Source: an uncultured delta proteobacterium
Lineage (GTDB): Bacteria; Desulfobacterota; BSN033; UBA1163
Direction: 5' to 3'
Assembly (NCBI GenBank): GCA_963708295.1
Contig: CAVPSJ010000017.1
Coordinates: forward strand, 192,001 to 256,000
DNA: 64,000 bases
Below the pieces are notes generated by a model. It worked only from the letters and a program-made list of their open reading frames with translations. It had not been told where the DNA came from and searched no databases. Shown in pieces: positions 32,981-43,384 of this stretch. Every line of letters starts with the position of its first letter. Positions within the stretch are counted from its first letter, which is position 1. The translations under genes and the position numbers were made by a program.

Positions 32981-35095
32981 GTGTCTCCAGTTAGCGCAAC
33001 CTATTGGGGCATACCGGGCTATGTCCTTTTCTGGGTCTTGTTCGTCATCGCCGTCGCCTTATTTGCGCAGAGGGCTTATTTCCTCTTTCGCCTGATGTGT
33101 CTGGGGAAGCCGGAGAACCGCTTCGACAGAATAGGGCAGAGACTCAGGACGATGCTGGTCGAGGTTGTCCCTCAGTGGTGCAGCCTGAAAACCGTCACGG
33201 GAAAGGACCTGTCCGGGATCGGACATGCTCTGTTATTCTGGGGCTTCAGCCTGTTTCTCATCAGTTACATCATCTTTATTGGCTTGGCCGGGGGTTTTGG
33301 ACTTTCCCATGTGATTGAGGGGACCGCCTTTGAGATGATTTATTTGTCCATTCTGGATATTGCAGCGTTATGGGTCATCATCGTTTTAATCTGGGCAGGC
33401 ATCAGGCGTTATATCGTCAGGCCGGAAAGACTGCAGATCAGCGCCGAGGCAGCCATCATCCTGATCGTGGTCTTCAGCCTTATGGTGCTCCATTTTTGCA
33501 TCGAGGGCTTCGGCTTCGCAGGCTCCGGGAATATCCCAGACTGGCCCCCTGTGGGGGCGGCGTTCGCTCGCTTCCTATCCGGCACCGGTATCTCAAGAAG
33601 CACGCTGATGGGGGTTTCCCAGGCGGCTTGGTGGCTTCACTACATGGTGATCCTCGGCTTTATGGTCTATATCCCACGCTCAAAGCACCTGCACGTTCTC
33701 GCCTCCCTCTTCAATGCCTTCTTCAAACCACTGGGACCTAAAGTGGTGCTTGAGCCCATCCCTGTTGAAGCGGAGACCTTTGGCGCATCGAAGATTCAGG
33801 ACTTTACCTGGAAGGACTTGCTCGACCTTTATGCCTGTGCCGTCTGCGGTCGGTGCCATGCTAATTGTCCCGCCCACCTGAGCGGCAAGACCCTCTCGCC
33901 TCGAGAGGTCATTCATAACCTGAAAGAACATTTACTGGAGGCGGGCCCTGAATTGCTCGCCAGTCAGCTTGCCGCCAAGGCGAAGGTGTTATCGAAAAGC
34001 CCGGGGGAAAACCCGGCCGAGACCCCGGCTGAGACCCAACCCGAAGCTCAAGGTGAGACCCAACCCAAGACCCAACCTAAGGAAATGATCGGTGATGTGG
34101 TCACTGAGGCAGAGATCTGGGCCTGCACCACCTGTGGCGCCTGCCAGGAGGTATGCCCGGTCAATATAGAACACATACGTAAGATCATCGAACTCAGGCG
34201 CAATCTGGTGATGGCGCAGAGCAAGATGCCGGAAAGCGCCCAGCTGATGCTCAGAAATATGCAGCAAAGAGGACACCCATGGGCCGGAATCCAGTCAATG
34301 AGGTTGAGGGGCGACTGGACAACCGATCAGGAGCTCAAGGTATTGGCTGAAGGTGACAACGCGGATACCCTCTTCTGGGTGGGTTGCACCGGGGCTCTTG
34401 TTGAGCGCAACGTCAAAGCGACTCTTTCCATGACGAGGGTGCTGAAAGCGGCGGGTGTCGATTTCGCGGTATTAGGCGATGCCGAGACTTGCTGCGGTGA
34501 CCCGGCACGAAGGGCAGGGTATGAGTTCCAGTTTCAGATCATGGCAGAGCAAAATATAGAAATCTTCAAGAGCCATAACATTAAAGAGATTGTGACCTCC
34601 TGTCCCCACTGCTATAATACCCTTAAGCATGAGTATCCTAAGTACGGCGGCGAGTTCAAGGTGGTTCACTATACCCAGCTCATTGCCGATTTCATCGGGC
34701 AGGGAAAATTGAAGCTTACCAACGAGCTGAATTCCAAACTCACCTATCATGACCCCTGCTATTTAGGCCGATATAACGGCGTCTATCAGGAGCCGCGCCG
34801 GATATTGCAGGCGATCCCCAAGACGAAGCTTGCGGAAATGGAACGCTCGCGAAACACGGGTTTTTGCTGCGGCGGCGGGGGGGGGCTCATGTGGATAGAA
34901 GAGCAGCCGGGTACAACAAAGATTAATCAAGTGCGTCTTGAGGATGCTCTCAAGACCGGGGCCGAGACGGTCGTGACCGCCTGCCCTTATTGTCTGCAGA
35001 TGTTCGAGGACAGCATCGACCATAAAGGTGTGAAGGATTCGTTGAAGGCAAGAGACCTTGTTGAACTCGTTGAAGAAGCCATAAAACAATCTTAA
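32981..35095 (+). CDS. Membrane-bound FeS oxidoreductase (FadF/HdrF/ETF:menaquinone oxidoreductase type)
   Basis: N-terminal TM domain with conserved His (GHALLFWGF, WWLH, SKHLH), two CxxCxxCxxxCP, two CCG domains; next to etfBA. Confidence 0.88.
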   Translation: MSPVSATYWGIPGYVLFWVLFVIAVALFAQRAYFLFRLMCLGKPENRFDRIGQRLRTMLVEVVPQWCSLKTVTGKDLSGIGHALLFWGFSLFLISYIIFIGLAGGFGLSHVIEGTAFEMIYLSILDIAALWVIIVLIWAGIRRYIVRPERLQISAEAAIILIVVFSLMVLHFCIEGFGFAGSGNIPDWPPVGAAFARFLSGTGISRSTLMGVSQAAWWLHYMVILGFMVYIPRSKHLHVLASLFNAFFKPLGPKVVLEPIPVEAETFGASKIQDFTWKDLLDLYACAVCGRCHANCPAHLSGKTLSPREVIHNLKEHLLEAGPELLASQLAAKAKVLSKSPGENPAETPAETQPEAQGETQPKTQPKEMIGDVVTEAEIWACTTCGACQEVCPVNIEHIRKIIELRRNLVMAQSKMPESAQLMLRNMQQRGHPWAGIQSMRLRGDWTTDQELKVLAEGDNADTLFWVGCTGALVERNVKATLSMTRVLKAAGVDFAVLGDAETCCGDPARRAGYEFQFQIMAEQNIEIFKSHNIKEIVTSCPHCYNTLKHEYPKYGGEFKVVHYTQLIADFIGQGKLKLTNELNSKLTYHDPCYLGRYNGVYQEPRRILQAIPKTKLAEMERSRNTGFCCGGGGGLMWIEEQPGTTKINQVRLEDALKTGAETVVTACPYCLQMFEDSIDHKGVKDSLKARDLVELVEEAIKQS

Positions 35096-35160
35096 TTAGG
35101 CCCTTGTCAATAAGATTGTCCGCAAAATGGTAACAAAGTTATTCACTATCAAGGGGCTCT

Positions 35161-35319
35161 AAATTCGAAGCACGAAATCCGAAATTCGAAACAATCTCAA
35201 ATGACCAAATTTTAAATGTTCCAAACAAAAGAGTTTAGAGAATTTGAATTTTGAAAATTCGAATTTGTTTCGGATTGGTCCGAGACGGACGCTTCGCCCG
35301 ATATTCGGATTTCGGATTT
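35161..35319. repeat. Inverted array of degenerate heptamers
   Basis: AAATTCG/AAGCACG/AAATCCG ... TTCGGAT/TTCGGAT. Confidence 0.7.
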
Positions 35320-35378
35320 AACTGAAAACTTGTTTGGTTCCCCGGCAAGCCGGGGGTTAGGAGAGGAGGAGGAGCAGT

Positions 35379-36173
35379 ATGAATACCATCGTCTGTGTGA
35401 AACAGGTACTTGACCCCGAAATACCACCAGCCAAATTCAAGATTGACCCCGGGACGAAACAGGTGATTCCTCCCCCCGGAGTGCCGCCTGTGATCAGTGT
35501 CTATGATGAACGAGCGGTTGAGGCGGCATGCCGGCTCAAAGATAAGCACAAAGGGAAAATAACAGTGATCAGCATGGGGTCAGCGAAAGCTGCCGACGTG
35601 ATCAAGCACGCCATATCGATGGGGGCCGACGATGGGTTTGTTCTCCAGGATCCGGCCTTCGAAAACCTGGATAGTTTTGGCACGGCGTATGTCTTGTCGA
35701 AAGCGATCCAGAAAATCGGCGGGTATGACCTGGTTCTGTGCGGCCGGCAGGCCGCGGACTGGGGTGCCAGTCAGGTTGGCTCGATCCTGGCTGAAATACT
35801 TGGCCTCCCTGTCATGACCCTCGCCTGTGCGATCGAGGCAGTGGACAAGAAGCTTAAGGTAAAGAGGATGGTGAAGGATGGCTTTGAAGTACTGGAAGCT
35901 CCTATGCCAAGCCTGGTGACCGTCAGCAGTGAGATTGGTCTTCCGCGTCTTCCCGGTGGGATGGGCCTCATGATGGCCCGCAAAAAGCAGATTCCGATCT
36001 GGAAGGCGCAGGATATCGGGGCTGAGCCCTCGAAGCTGGACAAGGCAAATGCCCATACCGAAGTCACCGCTCTCTCTGTGCCGACCCGAAAGACTGAATG
36101 TGAGATCATTGCAGGAGGGACTCCGGCTGAAGCCGCCGCCAATCTGGCCTCGAAGATTGCTAAACTGATATGA
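35379..36173 (+). CDS. etfB: Electron transfer flavoprotein beta subunit
   Basis: IVCVKQV, AISMGAD, LVLCGRQAAD, PRLP. Confidence 0.95.
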   Translation: MNTIVCVKQVLDPEIPPAKFKIDPGTKQVIPPPGVPPVISVYDERAVEAACRLKDKHKGKITVISMGSAKAADVIKHAISMGADDGFVLQDPAFENLDSFGTAYVLSKAIQKIGGYDLVLCGRQAADWGASQVGSILAEILGLPVMTLACAIEAVDKKLKVKRMVKDGFEVLEAPMPSLVTVSSEIGLPRLPGGMGLMMARKKQIPIWKAQDIGAEPSKLDKANAHTEVTALSVPTRKTECEIIAGGTPAEAAANLASKIAKLI

Positions 36174-36191
36174 CGATACTACAAGTCAGAT

Positions 36192-36248
36192 AGGTTGAGG
36201 TTAAGTTTAAGGTTGAGAAATTCAAAATCTGAACCTTGACCTAAACCT
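36192..36248. repeat. Inverted hexamer array
   Basis: AGGTTGAGGTTAAG...AACCTTGACCTAAACCT, related to 31826-31882. Confidence 0.65.
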
Positions 36249-36307
36249 GGATGAAATACTTGTCTGAAGTCCAGTGTCTGAATTATAAATGAACGGGAGG
36301 GCATTCC

Positions 36308-37309
36308 ATGGATACTCATAAGGGTGTTTTAGTTTGTGGTGAGATCGCTGAAGGGAAGTTGGCGCCGATCACAATAGAACTCCTCGGAGCCGGAAGAAAA
36401 CTCGCCAGTGAACTGGGCGAGGAATTAAGCGCCCTGTTGATGGGCAGCAAAACAGGCGCCTTGGGCCAGGAGGCAATCGCCTATGGAGCCGACAATGTCT
36501 ACGTTGCTGAAGATAGTTTCCTGGATCAATATAACTCCGATGCCTACACTCAGGTGGCGGCTGACGTTTGCCGGAAGGCGCTTCCTTCCATTATGCTTCT
36601 CGGCCATACCGATGTCGGTTGTGATTTGGCTCCGCGACTCAATGGCCGCTTGGGGGGCGGACTTGCAATAGATTGTCTTTCGTTATCCGTCGACCCGGCG
36701 ACCAAGCTCCTGGTCTCGACGAGGCCTGTCTTTGGCGGGAACGCCCATGCCACGATGATATCCAAGTCTGCCCGTCCTCAGATGGCTACGGTAAGACCGA
36801 AAATAATGCCGCCTGCAGAGCGCAATGATTCCCGGCAGGGCAAGGTTATTCCTGTAGAAGGCAAGGTCGACCCATCGGCGCTTAAAGTCAAGGTCGTCGA
36901 TCGGATCAAAGAGGAAGTGGAAGGGGTGAAGCTGGAAGATGCTGAAGTCGTCGTGGCCGGTGGCCGCGGCATGGGCAGTGCTCAAAACTTCGGGATGCTC
37001 AAGGAGCTGGCTGGCATTCTGGGCGGCGCTATCGGTGCGACCCGGCCTGCCTGTGACGAGGGTTGGGCCCCGGTGACACTCCAGGTGGGCCAGAGCGGAA
37101 AGGTGGTCAGCCCTAAACTATACATCGCCGTCGCTCTCTCCGGCGCCATGTCGCATATCGCCGGCTGTTTGGGATCAAAGGCCATTGTGGCGATCAATAA
37201 GGATAAGGAGGCGAATATCTTCAGCGTCGCCCACTTCGGCATCGTCGCGGATTATAAAGAAGTCTTGCCTACTCTGATCGCGAAACTCAAGGAGCTAAAA
37301 TCAAAATAA
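36308..37309 (+). CDS. etfA: Electron transfer flavoprotein alpha subunit
   Basis: RPVFGG, VVAGGRG, QVGQSGK, LYIAVALSGA, AINKD. Confidence 0.95.
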   Translation: MDTHKGVLVCGEIAEGKLAPITIELLGAGRKLASELGEELSALLMGSKTGALGQEAIAYGADNVYVAEDSFLDQYNSDAYTQVAADVCRKALPSIMLLGHTDVGCDLAPRLNGRLGGGLAIDCLSLSVDPATKLLVSTRPVFGGNAHATMISKSARPQMATVRPKIMPPAERNDSRQGKVIPVEGKVDPSALKVKVVDRIKEEVEGVKLEDAEVVVAGGRGMGSAQNFGMLKELAGILGGAIGATRPACDEGWAPVTLQVGQSGKVVSPKLYIAVALSGAMSHIAGCLGSKAIVAINKDKEANIFSVAHFGIVADYKEVLPTLIAKLKELKSK

Positions 37310-37332
37310 GCCACGGATTTAAATAGCCAAAT

Positions 37333-37361
37333 AAAAAAGGGAGCCCAAAGGCTCCCTTTTT
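37333..37361. terminator. Bidirectional intrinsic terminator
   Basis: AAAAAAGGGAGCC-caaa-GGCTCCCTTTTT between convergent genes. Confidence 0.85.
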
Positions 37362-37426
37362 CTTTATTGTTGAACTAAAAAAAAGGAGTAACTTTTTGCA
37401 GAGAATTTCCTTACGATAAAAAACAA

Positions 37427-37837
37427 TTATGAGGATGAGCGCGACGGCTGGAGCATGCTTACCCTGTTGCCTTCCGTGTCAATAAATGACACGTACAACC
37501 CAACGCCGGGGATATCCCACGGCTCTCCGAGCACCTTACCGCCCGCCTTTTCCACATCCTTCATACGCTTCTTAATATCTTCGACCGCAATTACCACGGA
37601 AGGATATTGGGCGGGTTTGTCGTCCGACTTTGGGAAGAAGCCGCCGTTGATGACGCCCGGCCTCTTCGGACGCCCCGTTTCGTCAGATTCCCCGGTGGTG
37701 GCAATCACATAGTCCCCCATTTCTGAGCCTAACATCTGTGTTCTCCAACCAAACACCTTTGTGTAGAAATCTGCCATGCGTTTTCTGTCTTCCGCCGGCA
37801 TCTCGAAGTGAACAACCGGATCCATATGTTTTGCCAT
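37427..37837 (-). CDS. VOC/glyoxalase family protein
   Basis: VVHFEMPA, FYTKVFGW, INGG, DTEGNRV. Confidence 0.9.
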   Translation of the reverse strand: MAKHMDPVVHFEMPAEDRKRMADFYTKVFGWRTQMLGSEMGDYVIATTGESDETGRPKRPGVINGGFFPKSDDKPAQYPSVVIAVEDIKKRMKDVEKAGGKVLGEPWDIPGVGLYVSFIDTEGNRVSMLQPSRSSS

Positions 37838-38280
37838 GGTCCTCTCCTTTCTCAGGGGCCAAACCCCTGAAGTTATCCTGATAAAAACGTAATCCTTCTT
37901 TTCCCAGTGTCAAGGAACGGAAACCCCCCGATTGCCGAACCCAGGCGAAACAAAGTTCGTCCGAGACCTTATCACGTATCTCGATTACCCTCCTCTCATC
38001 TAAGGGTTAATATCCCTTTCAAATCGCAATTTCTTCGCAGGTGCGTATAGTGGCAAGTATATGTTCAGTTTCTGGATACTGAAATCCTCAAGGAAAAGGT
38101 TTGCCTCAATGGTGCAGATTTCACCCCGAAATCGATTATGCTGACAATTCTTGTAAATGGTAAAGTTCATCCTTACGCAGTCCCAAAAATGCTTGACAAA
38201 AGGATTCTGTTTTTATACTGGATTAGATAGTTTTAAAGGAGGGAAGGGTTTTTATTGAAAAATTGAATGAGGAGGGACTT

Positions 38281-38784
38281 ATGGGAAGGGTCGAAGGAAT
38301 CATCAAATCTGAAATTGTACGTTTGGCGAGAAGGGAGATAAGGAAGATTTCTGTTCCCTTAGCCCGTGATGTCTGGTTTCTGAAAAGTGTGGTCTCACAG
38401 CTTCGCAAAGCCGTTTTGACGCTTCAGCGGATCACAGCTAGCCAGCAAAAAGAGTTGGAAAAAGGTAAGACTCCAATCGAGGCAACCCCCGAAGAGGTGA
38501 AGGAGTCCCGTTTCTCTCCCCGGCTAATCAGAAGCCTTCGTAGGCATTTGGGCATTACCCAGAAAGAACTGGCGATTCTTACAGGGGTCACCGTTGGGGC
38601 AGCCCATCAATGGGAGATCGGACGGTTTAAGCCAAGCATGAAGAAGAAGGCGGTGATGGTGGCGCTTCGAAAGCTAAGCCGCCGCGAGGTTCGAAAGCTC
38701 CTCGAAGAAAAAGGGACCCAGATGGTGGAAAAGAAGGTTCCTTCGCGCGGGAGGAAACGTACAAAAAAGGTCCGTGGGAAATAG
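38281..38784 (+). CDS. XRE-type HTH protein with N-terminal coiled coil
   Basis: KSEIVRLARRE; LRRHLGITQKELAILTGVTVGAAHQWE. Confidence 0.85.
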   Translation: MGRVEGIIKSEIVRLARREIRKISVPLARDVWFLKSVVSQLRKAVLTLQRITASQQKELEKGKTPIEATPEEVKESRFSPRLIRSLRRHLGITQKELAILTGVTVGAAHQWEIGRFKPSMKKKAVMVALRKLSRREVRKLLEEKGTQMVEKKVPSRGRKRTKKVRGK

Positions 38785-38975
38785 CATCCTATCCCTTCAT
38801 GATTCATTTCAATCTCTTGCTAGAAATTTTCCTGGCCTTTTATTATTTCTCTCTCACCCTTTTAATTAAACATATCTACGCATAATCCGTTGTATTAAAG
38901 AGTTATGTCGCTTAAGTTCAAAAGTAAGATAAGTGAGAGGATTAAGACTCGGATAGCCATTTTCAATTAAGCCCC

Positions 38976-39218
38976 TCAATCCTCAACCATATAAAACCAT
39001 TCCATTTCCTTCTCATCATAGTATATCTTGTGTGTTTTCCCATCACTCCCTTTGACTTTAAAGAACCTTCTTCTTACCCTATCTTCGATCCCTTCTTCAA
39101 TCCACATATTCAGAATTGCAACCACTTCAATTTTTTCATTATGGATTAGGATGGACCGTGGGGTTTCCTCACCTCGATACCCCGAATAAGTAATGACATC
39201 AATTCGATTATTAGACAT
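38976..39218 (-). CDS. Small conserved hypothetical protein
   Basis: VITYSGYRGEETPRS...FKVKGSDG; GAGG before ATG 39218. Confidence 0.6.
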   Translation of the reverse strand: MSNNRIDVITYSGYRGEETPRSILIHNEKIEVVAILNMWIEEGIEDRVRRRFFKVKGSDGKTHKIYYDEKEMEWFYMVED

Positions 39219-39535
39219 ACCCTCAAACCAGACACACCCCATCCCAACTTCTTTTGAAATTTCTAACGAGGGATACCCCTTGTTAATTCGTGTTATCTCA
39301 AAAAGCTTGATATCATCTTTTTCTTCTATCTCGTTGATCAGTCCACTGCATTTAAAAATAATGGCTGCAATCTCCATTATTATATATTTTCAAAAAAAAC
39401 AAGCAATGGACAAAGATATCTTCCTCAATTTTTGGAAAAGGTGTATATTACTACCACAAATGAACAACGGATTCAGGGTTCAAAAAGGCCTTTTGAAAGG
39501 CTGTGACAAGGATGACTAAAAACGAGGTGATGAAA

Positions 39536-39961
39536 ATGAAGAATTTAGTTCATAGGATTGATATCTTATTGGTGTTGATTCTAGGGTTTTTGGTAGTGAC
39601 ATTAGCGGTTACTATCTTTTCTGTGTGGGCTGGAGAGATTCCGCGCATCACACCGGAGGGATTGAAGAAAATGATCGACAGCAAGGCGGATATCGTGGTG
39701 GTGGATAATCAACCCAAAACTGAATACAACAAGGCGCATATCCCTGGAGCAGTTAACTTGCCTTGGGCGATGGAAATAGAGGGACCCGGGGACCTTCCTC
39801 GCGATAAGCCGCTCATTCTTTATTGCGGTTGTGCCCATGAGGAGGATTCTGGTTCCGTGGCCGATCAGCTTATAGAAAATTTCGGGTATGAGCAGATCAA
39901 ACTTCTTAAAGGTGGTTTGTCGCAATGGCAAAAGTTAGGTTATCCCGTCGAAAAAAAATAG
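39536..39961 (+). CDS. Exported rhodanese-like protein 1
   Basis: Signal peptide, HIPGAVNLP, active loop YCGCAHEEDS, LKGGLSQW. Confidence 0.9.
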   Translation: MKNLVHRIDILLVLILGFLVVTLAVTIFSVWAGEIPRITPEGLKKMIDSKADIVVVDNQPKTEYNKAHIPGAVNLPWAMEIEGPGDLPRDKPLILYCGCAHEEDSGSVADQLIENFGYEQIKLLKGGLSQWQKLGYPVEKK

Positions 39962-39982
39962 TGAAGAAAGGAATCTAGAGAG

Positions 39983-40624
39983 ATGAGAGAAAAGAAAAGG
40001 ATATGGCTGGTCTTTTTAATGGTTTTGCTGGTAATGTTTTCAGTGGAGGGTATCTTTATTTATGCGGGAGCTGGCGAGAGCAAGAAACTTCCCAAGGTTG
40101 GGCCCGTGAAGATGAATCCACATCCATCCAGCCTGGAAGGGAAGACAGTTGTGTTACGCTGGAATGGGAAATACAATGGGGATAAATACCTCAGCCGAGT
40201 AGGAGAGTTGATGAGTCAACAGATAAAGACCGTAAAGATCATTAAGATGTGGGAGATAGACAAAAGCACAGCCGCCATTTCCAAGAATGCGGAAGTGAGC
40301 GAGCAGGTAGCTGCGAGCATTGCTAAACTGAAGCCGGATTTGGTCATTGCTGCCCAGGCTGACTGAGGGATCTGTACGTCATGGCTGGTAGTTGACCAGC
40401 TCAATTTGGAAAAGAAGGGGATTCCTACCGTAACCGTGGTAACCACGGCTTTTGAAGAGATGGTTAGGTCGTTGATGAAAGATCAGGGAGTATCAGAGAT
40501 GGCTTTGGTGGTTGAGGAGCACCCCATTGCGGGTCATAATCTGGAGGGGATCCGGAAAAAAGTGGACGCGGCTTTCCCTGTCATTCTTAAGGCAGCAACA
40601 CAATGGCAACCAGAGAAGAAATGA
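39983..40624 (+). CDS. Exported UGSC-family selenoprotein, stand-alone (213 aa, U128-G-I-C, UGA 40364-40366)
   Basis: ORFs 39983..40366 and 40406..40624 are in frame with an open linker (AD-U-GICTSWLVVDQLNLEKKGIPTV); SECIS-like hairpin 40383-40401; signal peptide. Confidence 0.85.
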
Positions 40625-40645
40625 TGGGAAGAGGAGGCGGGATCG

Positions 40646-41194
40646 ATGGATGAGATAGGAGCCAGCGGACAGATGGCAATTTTAAAAGAGAGATCAGGTT
40701 GGTTGAAGAAGGTTGCGGCCAACCGGTATGTGATCCTGGTTCTTCGTTTGATCTTGGCAGCATTTTTCCTCACCTCATCTTACGGTAAGTTGGTAGATAT
40801 TGAGCGCTATTCGGTAGATGCGGTATATAACTTTGGTATCTTGCCGATGGTGCTAGCTCGTCCTTTTGGATTAGTGATGCCGTTCATCGAACTGCTGTGC
40901 GGCCTTGGGTTACTCTTTGGGGTCTTAACCCGATTGTCGGCGCTTGGAATTGCTCTGATGAGCCTATCTTTTTTTATCGCCAAGGCGATCGTCCTTTCTC
41001 AGGGCCGCAGCATCGAATGCGGCTGTTTTGGGGCCGTCATTGATACGTTAGCCTCGGTGACGATCTTCATGGATATCCCCATGATGGTCTTGGCCTTGGT
41101 CATTATGTTTTCAGCTCCTGCAGCTCGGCACTGGTTGGCGATTGGAAAGTTGTTACCCCTGTCATGGAGAGATAAGCTTCATCTAATCTGGTGA
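40646..41194 (+). CDS. MauE/DoxX family redox-associated membrane protein
   Basis: LRLILA, PFIELLCG, SIECGCFG. Confidence 0.88.
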   Translation: MDEIGASGQMAILKERSGWLKKVAANRYVILVLRLILAAFFLTSSYGKLVDIERYSVDAVYNFGILPMVLARPFGLVMPFIELLCGLGLLFGVLTRLSALGIALMSLSFFIAKAIVLSQGRSIECGCFGAVIDTLASVTIFMDIPMMVLALVIMFSAPAARHWLAIGKLLPLSWRDKLHLIW

Positions 41195-41397
41195 GAAATG
41201 CTTGAAGTAGCGTATAAGAAATATCCTAGGACGGAGTTCGTCAAAACTCCCTTTCCCTTTTTGTATTAAGGAATTTAGGATGATTTCTTTGCGTGACAAG
41301 GATGAATAAAAGGAAGGAGGTGGTACTTACTTAAAGGCATAACTAAGTAGCAAAGGAGGGTGACGTTCTAAAACCTCTAAAAAGAAGGGAGAAACCT

Positions 41398-43302
41398 ATG
41401 GAAAAGGGAATAAGTTGGTCAATCATTGCAATGTTTTTGGTAGCAAACCTTTGGGCTGTTGGAGCGGTAGTAGCGCCTCCATTAGCAAACGGGGCAACAG
41501 CTGCGGGCTCAGTAACATTAACGGTGCTTAACCCCAGGGGCGAGAGCGAGCCTCCACAAAACCTGGGAATTACAGGTCGTGTTACGGATCTAGCCGGCAA
41601 GAAGATCGGATTGTATTGGCTTGGAAAACCCGATGGGGACGTCTTTTTTGCCAGAATTCAAAAACTGCTGGAGGAGAAATTTCCTACAGCAAAGATCCTG
41701 CAGTATACCGGTGGATTCGACATCGGAGACCCTTTAGCAGCGAAAATGGCAAAAGAAGTGGATACATTCGTATATGGCGTAGGGGACTGAGGGTCGTGTA
41801 CAAATCTCGGCGTGTCCGGGACAATTAGGATAGAAAAACTTGGTAAGCCTGGGGTCTTTCTTGCTGCGGAAGGTTTTGATCACGATGCAAAAAGAGCAAC
41901 TGTTGATAACGGAATGACTCCGCTACGTGTTGTAGTGGTACCTGGTTATGTATGGGGCCAACCTACAAACCAAAAACCACCTCTTGCAGATGCAAGTATC
42001 AACAAGATTATCGATGCATTAACCCGTCCTTTAACAGCAGAAGAAGTCAAGCCAAAACCTATAGCTAAAGAGAAGCTCAAGCCAATTCAGGTCACTGCGG
42101 ACAGTTATGAGGCAGCGGTTGAGAAATTCAACCAGTTGTTCCTTAATAATCATTGGGGCGATGGGTTATCTTTAGTCCCCCCCACAAAGAAGGCTGTTGA
42201 TTGGATGCTTACAGGTACGAGCCTCCCTTTTAACAAAGTAATAGGCAAGGTTGACCCTAAAGGCGGGAGTGCCACTGTAGAAAAGATTGCAATTAATGCA
42301 GTGATGGCGGGGGCAAAACCGGAGTACTTGCCAGTGATCATTGCTGCAATGGAAGGCTTCACGGATCCGAATTTCGATCTCCGTCATCCGGTGCTTTCGA
42401 TGGGATCCTTCAGTTTTGCCATAGTCGTGACCGGGCCTATTGTAGAAGAACTTAACATAAATTCCGGGGCGGGTTTCTTTGGTCACGGATGGCGAGCGAA
42501 TGCCACCATTGGCCGCGCCCTGAGATTATGCATGATTAATTTGGGCCACACGTTTCCGCAAGTAAATGATATGGCGAGAATCGGCCGACAATCAGCTTAC
42601 ACCTTTTATGTTATGGGCGAAAATAAGAAATCCCCCTGGCCACCCTATCAAACGACCCAAGGTTACAAACCAGAGGATAGTTGTGTGACAGTGTCTACAG
42701 TCGGGAGTCACAATACCGGGGCGGGGAGAAATATACCCCATAACGGTAATACCGCCGACTCAGCATTAGAAGCCGTTGTTGAAACCATCCTTAGTCGTCG
42801 TAGCATGCAGTGGGAGGGCTATAAACGCGGCACGGCTAACCTTGTTGCTCTTCCGTTGAAATATCTATTCTTGGTTACTCCAGAAATGGCTGACCTGTTT
42901 TACCGTCGAGGCTTTAAGGACCAGAAAAGTCTAAAAGACTATATTTATGAAGCTACGAGTGTGCCTTACGAGAAGCTCAGTGCAGAAGAGAAACGTGGCA
43001 TAAAAGACTGGATCGACACAAGTATTGCAGGTGAGGGAATCATGGGACTAAGGCTTCCTCCAGACCGTATCTCCTTCTTCCAAGAAGCCTTTAAACCAGG
43101 AGGAAAGGTTCCACTTATAACGACGCCGGAGGACATTCATATTATGGTGGTAGGTTATGGCGCGGGTGGAGGAGTATTAGGAGGAATGCATGAACTATCA
43201 TTCGGGAGGCCACTTTACAAGCCAACATCGCATCAAACGAGGCCGATAAAGGGAGCTACACTGACTAAAGCTGGTCGTGAGAAGGCTAAACCTTCCTATT
43301 AG
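41398..43302 (+). CDS. Exported UGSC selenoprotein fused to a large uncharacterised domain (634 aa, U131-G-S-C, UGA 41788-41790)
   Basis: ORFs 41398..41790 and 41812..43302 are in frame; GVGD-U-GSCTNLGVSG; hairpin 41805-41821; signal peptide. Confidence 0.88.
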
Positions 43303-43353
43303 CCAACTTTGGACTTCTGCACAGTACCATATAATCACTCATGGAAATATCCT

Positions 43354-43384
43354 AAAGGGAGCTTACCAAAGCTCCCTTTTTTTT
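43354..43384 (+). terminator. Intrinsic terminator
   Basis: AAAGGGAGCTT-acca-AAGCTCCC followed by T8. Confidence 0.85.

Noticed and set aside
18751-36248. Short repeat arrays as CRISPR
   Set aside because: Units are 6-8 nt, degenerate and inverted, with no unique spacers and no cas genes.
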